A DNA stretch of 32,000 nucleotides from Dehalococcoidia bacterium. GTDB lineage: Bacteria; Chloroflexota; Dehalococcoidia; UBA6926. The DNA lies in the NCBI GenBank assembly GCA_963666115.2, contig CAXXET010000004.1:339208-371207 (forward strand), in the 5' to 3' direction. This document shows positions 26,228 to 32,000 of this stretch, one piece after another (position 1 is the first letter of the stretch; every line of letters starts with the position of its first letter). A program made the translations under genes and the position numbers. Below the pieces are notes generated by a model that did no database searches, was not told the origin of the DNA, and saw only the letters and a program-made list of their open reading frames with translations.

Positions 26228-27108
26228 TAGGGGTTTTGGGCGCGGGCGGCGGAGACGGTGTTGCGGAGGAGCATGGCGACGGTCATGGGGCCGACGCCGC
26301 CGGGCACGGGGGTGATGGCGCTCGCCACTTCAGACACGGCGTTGAAGTCAACGTCGCCGACGATCTTGTAGCCGCTCTTTTGGCTCTTGTCCTCAACGTG
26401 ATTGATGCCCACGTCGATGACGACTGCGCCCGGCTTGACCATATCGGCGGTAATGCCTTCGGGGATACCGACGGCAACGACGAGGATGTCCGCCTGCTTC
26501 GTCATTTCACCGAGGTCCGGGGCCGTCCTGTGGCAGACGGTGACGCGCGGATAAAACTTTGGGTCGCCCTGCATCCATGCTGTGGCGATGGGTTTTCCAA
26601 CGATATTGCTGCGGCCAACGATGACGGCGTGCTTGCCGCCAAGCTGCACGCCCTCTCGCCGCAGCATCTCCATGACGCCGAACGGCGTGGCGGGAACGAA
26701 CTGCGAATCGCCGATGGCGAGGTGGCCGATGTTGAGCGGGTGGAAACCGTCTGCGTCCTTATCGGGCCGGACGGATTCGATGATGGCGTGTTCCTCGATG
26801 TGCGCAGGCAGCGGCAACTGCACGAGGATGCCGTGGACACGGTCTGCGCGGTTCAGCGATTCGATGAGGTCCAGCAGGCCGTCCTGCGACACAGAGGAGT
26901 CGATGCGATGAATCTCCGTGTAGATGCCGACCTCGCGGCAGGCGCGCTCCTTGTTGGCGACGTAGGTTTGGGAGGCGGGGTCATCGCCGACGACGACGGC
27001 GGCAAGGCCGGGCATGACGCCTTTCGCCTTGAGCGCGGCGACATCACGCGCGACTTCCCTGCGGATGTCTGCGGCGATGGTGCGTCCGTCAATGATGCGC
27101 GCGGTCAT
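26227..27108 (-). CDS. folD: Bifunctional methylenetetrahydrofolate dehydrogenase/methenyl-THF cyclohydrolase
   Basis: MTARIIDGRTIA, VVVGDDPASQTYVANKERAC, HGILVQLPLP, DADGFHP and VIVGRSNIVGKP are present. Trimmed to the ATG at 27108. Confidence 0.92.
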   Translation of the reverse strand: MTARIIDGRTIAADIRREVARDVAALKAKGVMPGLAAVVVGDDPASQTYVANKERACREVGIYTEIHRIDSSVSQDGLLDLIESLNRADRVHGILVQLPLPAHIEEHAIIESVRPDKDADGFHPLNIGHLAIGDSQFVPATPFGVMEMLRREGVQLGGKHAVIVGRSNIVGKPIATAWMQGDPKFYPRVTVCHRTAPDLGEMTKQADILVVAVGIPEGITADMVKPGAVVIDVGINHVEDKSQKSGYKIVGDVDFNAVSEVASAITPVPGGVGPMTVAMLLRNTVSAARAQNP

Positions 27109-27114
27109 AGGTTG

Positions 27115-27120
27115 AGTATA
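27115..27120 (-). promoter_or_regulatory. -10 box TATACT exactly 6 nt upstream of the folD ATG (leaderless-type arrangement)
   Basis: The rc reads cgcTATACTcaacctATG. No SD. Confidence 0.4.
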
Positions 27121-27181
27121 GCGTGGGGGCGGGTTCTGCCATAATTTGGGGGACTGCATCAACAGAGGAGCATCCACCAGT

Positions 27182-27571
27182 ATGTTGACCACCGGAATCG
27201 ATATGTGCGAGGTATGGAGAATCAGGGAGGCGCGTGAGCGGTTCGGACAGCGGTTCCTTGATCGCGTCTACACGGAGGAGGAGCAGCGGACAAGCCGGAT
27301 GCGAGACCCGGAGCTTGCGGCTCGGTTTGCCAGCAAGGAGGCCGTGATGAAGGCGCTGGGCACGGGGGCGCGCGGCGTCGGCTGGAAGGATATCGAGATT
27401 CTGCCGATGCGGGGCGGCAAGCCGGAGGTGCGGCTGCATGGGCGGGCGAAAGCCGTTGCGGAGCGGATCGGGTTGACGGATTTGGCGGTGAGCCAGACAC
27501 ATTCGATCGAGTACGCGCTGTCGATTGTGGTGGGGACGGCGGAGTATCCTTCGCCGTATCACGCGCCGTAG
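27182..27571 (+). CDS. acpS: Holo-[acyl-carrier-protein] synthase
   Basis: GIDMCEVWRI, FASKEAVMKALG, EILPMRGGKPEV and VSQTHSIEYA are present. Length is 129 aa. Confidence 0.88.
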   Translation: MLTTGIDMCEVWRIREARERFGQRFLDRVYTEEEQRTSRMRDPELAARFASKEAVMKALGTGARGVGWKDIEILPMRGGKPEVRLHGRAKAVAERIGLTDLAVSQTHSIEYALSIVVGTAEYPSPYHAP

Positions 27572-27576
27572 GGGGT

Positions 27577-27601
27577 GGATTCCCGCTTTCGCGGGAAAAA
27601 C
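27577..27601 (+). repeat. Repeat family B, copy B5 (tail GAAAAAC)
   Basis: GGATTCCCGCTTTCGCGGGAAAAAC lies between acpS and nnr. Confidence 0.85.
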
Positions 27602-27613
27602 GGAGGGGGCGGC

Positions 27614-29188
27614 ATGAGGGCGGTGACGGCTGCGGAGATGCGGCGTATTGAAGAGGGCGCGATAGCGCGGGGCGTCCCCGTTGAGGAACTGATGGGGCGA
27701 GCCGGGGGGGCGGTTGCGGATCATGTCGGCGACGTTCTCGGCGGACAGATTGCACAACGGCGGATTCTTGTGCTGGCAGGCCCGGGAAAGAACGGCGGCG
27801 ATGGCCTGATTGCTGCGCGGATACTGAGGCAACGGGGGGCAATCGTTTCGGTTGCGTGTCCCATTCCGCGAGCGGACGACCCGCTGCTGGAAAGATGCGC
27901 GGCAGCCGGTTGCTCAATCACCCAGGGTGATTTGGCCGATTTAGACGCGACTCCGGCTAAAGCCGAACTTGTTGTTGATGCGCTGCTCGGCACAGGGCAT
28001 TCTCGCGCCATCGAAGGGGCGATGCTTGAATCACTGAACCTCGTACACGGCGCGGAGAACAAGCCAACGGTTGTGTCAGTCGACGTGCCATCCGGCCTTG
28101 ATTCGGATACCGGGGAGGTGGACCCGGCCACTTTGCCAGCCGATGTGACGGTGGCGCTTGGCAACACAAAAATCGGCTGCCTGACCGTGAAAGGCGCGGA
28201 GTACTGCGGGGCCATCCACGCAGTCGAAATCGGGCTTGGTGGAGATGCGGATGACGGAGGCGGCGTCCACGTTCTGACCGCCGGAGACATCCAGGGGCTC
28301 CTGCCTGAGCGGCGAGCAACAAGCAATAAGGGCACGTTCGGGCATAGCCTCATCGTTGGAGGGTCGGAGGCGTACCGGGGCGCGCCGGCGCTGGCAGCGC
28401 GGGCTGCGGCGCGGGCAGGAGCCGGTACGGTTGCGATAGCCGCGCCGGAAACGATAACGGATTCTCTCGCGCCGATGGCGCCGGAGGCGACGCATATACC
28501 GCTCCCGCAGACGAACCAGGGTGGACTAAAATCACCGCAATCAGCTCAGAGGCTCTCCAGAACCTTTTCTGAGAGGAGGACTGCGGCTATCGCGATTGGG
28601 CCTGGGATGGGGCAATCCAAGCGCGTGTCGAATTTTCTCTCTGAACTTCTTGATGGTATTCCGGCGGATACGCCTGTCGTCTTTGACGCGGATGCTTTGA
28701 CAATTTTGTCGCAGATGCCGGAGTGGTGGACGCGGTTACGGGGGCCAGTTGTGGTGACGCCGCATCCTGGGGAGATGGCGCGGCTGTGCGGGATTTCGGT
28801 AGAGGACGTGCAGTTGGCGCGGGAAGGGGTCGCGGCGGAGAAGGCGAAGGAGTGGGGTGTGACCATCGTGCTGAAAGGCGCTTACACGATCATTACCGGC
28901 CCGGATCAAGAAACGGCCATTTGCCCGCTCACTATGCCCGCCCTTGCATCAGGCGGAACCGGCGATGCGCTTGCCGGAATCGTCACAGGCTTCCTGTCGC
29001 AAGGGCTGACAAACTATGCGGCGGCACAGGCAGGCGTGTACGTGCATGGGACTGCGGCGGCTTTGGCGGCTCAGGACAACGGCAACATGACGTCGGGCCT
29101 ATTGGCGTCCGACCTGATTGAGAAGATTCCGGCGGCGATGGGGTTGATTGCGCGGGGGGAAGGGCCGGTTCCGCCTCTGTTTGCCTAG
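27614..29188 (+). CDS. nnr: Bifunctional NAD(P)H-hydrate repair enzyme (epimerase + ADP-dependent dehydratase, YjeF)
   Basis: N-terminal domain has VLAGPGKNGGDG. C-terminal domain has GHSLIVGGSEAYRGAPALAA ... GGTGDALAG. GGAGGGGG SD. Trimmed to the ATG at 27614. Confidence 0.88.
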   Translation: MRAVTAAEMRRIEEGAIARGVPVEELMGRAGGAVADHVGDVLGGQIAQRRILVLAGPGKNGGDGLIAARILRQRGAIVSVACPIPRADDPLLERCAAAGCSITQGDLADLDATPAKAELVVDALLGTGHSRAIEGAMLESLNLVHGAENKPTVVSVDVPSGLDSDTGEVDPATLPADVTVALGNTKIGCLTVKGAEYCGAIHAVEIGLGGDADDGGGVHVLTAGDIQGLLPERRATSNKGTFGHSLIVGGSEAYRGAPALAARAAARAGAGTVAIAAPETITDSLAPMAPEATHIPLPQTNQGGLKSPQSAQRLSRTFSERRTAAIAIGPGMGQSKRVSNFLSELLDGIPADTPVVFDADALTILSQMPEWWTRLRGPVVVTPHPGEMARLCGISVEDVQLAREGVAAEKAKEWGVTIVLKGAYTIITGPDQETAICPLTMPALASGGTGDALAGIVTGFLSQGLTNYAAAQAGVYVHGTAAALAAQDNGNMTSGLLASDLIEKIPAAMGLIARGEGPVPPLFA

Positions 29189-30051
29189 CGCCAGCCGATG
29201 GCGCGGAGCCATTGTTCGAAGGTTAGGGTTGGGATTTGCCATTTGGATTTGAGGGCGGGGATGTCTTCGTCGTAGCCGTGGTTTTGGTACCAGCGTGTCA
29301 TGGCGATGGTTGACGGGGGGGCGATTTGGGGCCAGTTTTCTTCGGGGATTTGTTCGTAGCGGACATCGTGGCCTGTTACACGGCTTAGGGCGGCGGCGAT
29401 GTCGGTCATGGTGAGCGTTTCGGCGGCGATGTCGATTTCCTGCCCTTCGTATACGTCCGGGTTGTTGAACGCTGCGGCGGCGTAGGCTCCGATGTCATGG
29501 CCGGAGATGACCTGCAGGGTCTTGTCCGGGGTTAACATGCCGCGAATGACGCCGTTGTCGATGCCCTTGCGGTCTGCGACGTAGTTCTCCGCGAATGAGA
29601 CCGGGCGGAGGATGGTGTACGGGATGCCGAGTTGACGGACGTGGGCCATCACTTCAATCTTGGCGTCCCAATACGTGACGCCCCTGTTCGGCTCCTTCGC
29701 GCCGCAGGAGGCAGTGTAGACGAGGTGGCTCACCCCTGCCCTCTTTGCGGCATCCGCGATGGCGATTCCCTGCCGCGCCTCGTGCATCGGGTCGTCCTCA
29801 GCGGCCTGGTCCTGCACGGAGAAGACGCCGTACACGCCCTGCATGGCGGCATCGAGGGAGGCAACGTCGTCCATGTTTCCTGCCACGATCTCCACGCCGC
29901 GCTGGGCGAGCGCCTGCGCCTTTTCACCCTGGGGGGAACGGGTTAGGCCGCGAACATGCCAGTCCTTGGACGACAGCAGGTGGCCGACGAGGCCGCCGCC
30001 CTGGTTGCCGGTGGCGCCGATGACGAGGATTGCCCGGGTTGGGTTGGTCAT
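29185..30051 (-). CDS. NmrA-family NAD(P)-binding protein
   Basis: ILVIGATGNQGG Rossmann motif, 288 aa, AAGGAG SD. Confidence 0.75.
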   Translation of the reverse strand: MTNPTRAILVIGATGNQGGGLVGHLLSSKDWHVRGLTRSPQGEKAQALAQRGVEIVAGNMDDVASLDAAMQGVYGVFSVQDQAAEDDPMHEARQGIAIADAAKRAGVSHLVYTASCGAKEPNRGVTYWDAKIEVMAHVRQLGIPYTILRPVSFAENYVADRKGIDNGVIRGMLTPDKTLQVISGHDIGAYAAAAFNNPDVYEGQEIDIAAETLTMTDIAAALSRVTGHDVRYEQIPEENWPQIAPPSTIAMTRWYQNHGYDEDIPALKSKWQIPTLTFEQWLRAIGWR

Positions 30052-30112
30052 GTGTGGTTCTCCTTTTCCCCGATTGTTTCAGATTGGGGGGGTGGTGGAT
30101 AGACCTGGCGCG

Positions 30113-30118
30113 TATAAT
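30113..30118 (+). promoter_or_regulatory. -10 box TATAAT exactly 6 nt upstream of the coaX ATG (leaderless-type arrangement)
   Basis: gcgcgTATAATtgcgtgATG. No SD. Confidence 0.45.
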
Positions 30119-30124
30119 TGCGTG

Positions 30125-30892
30125 ATGCTGCTGGCGGTTGATATTGGGAATACGAACGTGAAGTTCGCCGTTTTTGACGGCGAGCGGATTGTCGTGTCCG
30201 ACCGGCTGCCGACGGGGGCGAGCAATTCGGCTGAGGAGATCGGCGCGTCTGTGTGCACCGCTTTGGCGCGGCACGGGGTCCGGGAATCCGCCATTGAGGG
30301 CGTGTCACTGTGCTCGGTTGTTCCGCCCGTGACGACGATGATGGAGCGCACGGCGTCGGATGTCTTTAAGGTTGACGCGCTGGATGTCAAGAAGGCCAGA
30401 AATCGGGGCATCACGCTGGACGTGGACAAGCCGGACGGGGTGGGGACGGACAGGATAGTGAACGCGGCGGCGGCATACGGGCTGTACAGCGGGCCGGGCA
30501 TCGTAGTGGATTTCGGCACGGCGACGACGTTCGACGTGGTAACAGCAGAAGGGGTGTTCATCGGGGGCGTCATCGCGCCGGGGATTGCGTTATCGTCGGA
30601 GGCGCTGACGGAGCGTGCGGCGCAGCTACCGCCCATCGAGCCGGTGTTTCCCGAGAAAGTTATCGGGAGGGACACGGACCAGGCGATGCGCTCAGGGTTG
30701 ATGTACGGGTATCTTGGGCTGATGGAGGGTGTCATCGGGCGGATACGGGCGGAGATCGGGTCCCCGGCGCGGGTGATCGCGACGGGCGGGCTGGTTGAGC
30801 ACATCGCGGAGCGGACGGAGATAATCGACGTGGTGGAGCCGGACTTGACGCTGCGGGGGCTGCGGCTTATTTGGGAGCTTAACCGGGGGTAG
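30125..30892 (+). CDS. coaX: Type III pantothenate kinase
   Basis: MLLAVDIGNTN, GTDRIVNA, VVDFGTATTFD and ATGG are present. Length is 255 aa. The longer track ORF from 29759 is antisense to the NmrA gene. Confidence 0.9.
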   Translation: MLLAVDIGNTNVKFAVFDGERIVVSDRLPTGASNSAEEIGASVCTALARHGVRESAIEGVSLCSVVPPVTTMMERTASDVFKVDALDVKKARNRGITLDVDKPDGVGTDRIVNAAAAYGLYSGPGIVVDFGTATTFDVVTAEGVFIGGVIAPGIALSSEALTERAAQLPPIEPVFPEKVIGRDTDQAMRSGLMYGYLGLMEGVIGRIRAEIGSPARVIATGGLVEHIAERTEIIDVVEPDLTLRGLRLIWELNRG

Positions 30893-30912
30893 AGTGGGCG
30901 AATAATGATTGA

Positions 30913-30971
30913 GATTCCCGCTTTCGCGGGAATGACGAAGGTGAGTGGGTTCCTGCTTTCGCGGGAATGAC
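30913..30971 (+). repeat. Repeat family B, tandem copies B6 (30913-30936) and B7 (30948-30971)
   Basis: B6 is GATTCCCGCTTTCGCGGGAATGAC. B7 is GGTTCCTGCTTTCGCGGGAATGAC, where the C-to-T change would give a G-U pair only in + strand RNA. Confidence 0.9.
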
Positions 30972-30987
30972 GGAATGGAAAGGCGTG

Positions 30988-32000
30988 ATGGAGGCGATTG
31001 CGGGCAAGCGGGTTGTGCTGGGGGTTTCGGGCAGCATTGCCTGTTACAAGGCGGCGGACATTGCGTCCAAGCTGATGCAGGCAGGGGCACTGGTGGACGT
31101 GGTGCTGACGCGGGCGGCTCAGGAGTTCGTGACGCCTCTCACGTTCCGGTCGCTGACGCACCGCCCCGTGATTACGGACATCTTCGACGCGCAGTCGGCG
31201 GACCCGCTGGAGCACGTGGAGATAGCGCACCGGGCAGACGCGGTGGTGATCGCGCCGACGACGGCGCACGTGATGGCCAAGCTGGCGCACGGGCTGGCGG
31301 ACGATGCGCTTTCGACCATCATTCTCGCGACGGATGCGCCCGTGATCGTCGCTCCGGCGATGGAACACCATATGTGGACGAACGCGGCGACACAGGAGAA
31401 CGCGGCGACGCTGCGGGAACGCGGTTTCACGTTCGCGGGGCCGGATGCGGGCAGGTTGGCGTCCGGGGCCGTCGGCAGCGGTCGTCTCGTGGAGACGGCG
31501 GATATTCTCGACGCCCTCAACGGGCTGCTGTCGAAGGATCAAGACCTGCTGGGGCGGCATATCGTCGTGTCAGCAGGGGGGACGCAGGAGCCGATTGACC
31601 CTGTGCGGGTGGTGACGAACCGCTCATCGGGCAAGCAGGGGTACGCGTTCGCTGAGGCGGCGCGGGACCGGGGGGCGCGCGTGACGCTGGTGACGGCGGC
31701 GGGGCTTGCGAATCCGGCGGGCGTGAACGTGGTCAAGGTGGAGAGCGCGCGGCAGATGCTAGGGGCAGTCTCGGACGCGCTGAACGACGCGGCGGACGCA
31801 CTTGTCATGGCTGCGGCGGTTGCGGACTGGGAGCCGGTGGCGGCGGCAGGGCAGAAGATGAAGAAAGTGGAGGGGCAGGACATCCTCACGATCGACATGA
31901 AAAAGACGCCGGACATCCTCGCGCAGGTCAGCGGCCTGCCAGGGGTCAAGGTGGGCTTTGCCGCCGAGACGGAGGACCTGCTTGCGAACGCGCGCGCCAA
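30988..32000 (+). CDS. coaBC: Bifunctional phosphopantothenoylcysteine decarboxylase / phosphopantothenate-cysteine ligase (3'-partial, runs off the window)
   Basis: My own translation gives MEAIAGKRVVLGVSGSIACYKAADIASKLMQAGALVDVVLT...VIAPTTAHVMAKLAHGLADDALS...SAGGTQEPIDPVRVVTNRSSGKQGYAFAEAA. It is not in the ORF track because there is no stop inside the window. Confidence 0.88.
   Translation, partial: MEAIAGKRVVLGVSGSIACYKAADIASKLMQAGALVDVVLTRAAQEFVTPLTFRSLTHRPVITDIFDAQSADPLEHVEIAHRADAVVIAPTTAHVMAKLAHGLADDALSTIILATDAPVIVAPAMEHHMWTNAATQENAATLRERGFTFAGPDAGRLASGAVGSGRLVETADILDALNGLLSKDQDLLGRHIVVSAGGTQEPIDPVRVVTNRSSGKQGYAFAEAARDRGARVTLVTAAGLANPAGVNVVKVESARQMLGAVSDALNDAADALVMAAAVADWEPVAAAGQKMKKVEGQDILTIDMKKTPDILAQVSGLPGVKVGFAAETEDLLANARA

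Noticed and set aside
29759-30124. Long N-terminal extension of coaX (track ORF 29759-30892), and similar extensions at 27575 (nnr), 27146 (acpS), 27192 (folD), 17435 (nuoF-like), 10578 and 8816 (ABC ATPases), 15481 (membrane protein)
   Set aside because: The extensions run antisense through neighbouring genes or through repeats and lack homology. Internal ATGs coincide with the canonical family N-termini and with SDs, ATGA overlaps or -10 boxes.

Overview
GC-rich bacterial chromosomal window with strong G/C bias at third codon positions, so long antisense ORFs are common artefacts. I guess Chloroflexota-like from the unlinked rRNA gene and the dispersed hairpin repeats; this is inference only. 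I support about 33 protein genes, one 23S rRNA, one initiator tRNA, one gene remnant and three dispersed repeat families.

Layout:
- 1-3200 is an accessory-looking stretch: a consensus promoter with an SOS-box-like palindrome, a DUF429-like nuclease, a Pro/Thr-rich membrane-anchored protein, a low-GC membrane-protein islet and an orphan Phd/VapB-like antitoxin.
- 3202-17848 is a roughly 14.6 kb run of minus-strand genes. In transcription order: NuoE/NuoF-like pair, low-GC zinc-ribbon plus membrane pair, nucleoside hydrolase, ribokinase, AIM24/TIGR00266, isochorismatase-family hydrolase, PEP-mutase/isocitrate-lyase family, a four-gene ABC-2 transporter, hydantoinase/dihydropyrimidinase, and a tandem-fused double CaiB/BaiF CoA-transferase.
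- 17878-19018 holds an M50 protease remnant and a NiCoT-signature metal transporter.
- 19027-22374 is a 23S rRNA followed by tRNA-fMet, with no 16S or 5S, plus its own promoter and processing stem.
- 22464-32000 holds a full-length sterol-24-C-methyltransferase (ERG6/SMT) homologue, then housekeeping genes: M20 peptidase, queA, cupredoxin lipoprotein, folD, acpS, nnr, NmrA-like, coaX, coaBC.

Most noteworthy:
- the SMT homologue
- the 23S-tRNAfMet unit
- an ABC ATPase with an in-frame loss of the Walker A/Q-loop segment
- a perfect 19-bp inverted repeat overlapping a leaderless-type promoter
- a recurrent -10-N6-ATG (leaderless) architecture at five genes
- hairpin repeats translated inside two proteins and donating a stop codon and a Shine-Dalgarno elsewhere

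I did not find a cluster I can confidently call a new defence or mobile system. The candidates are listed as hypotheses.
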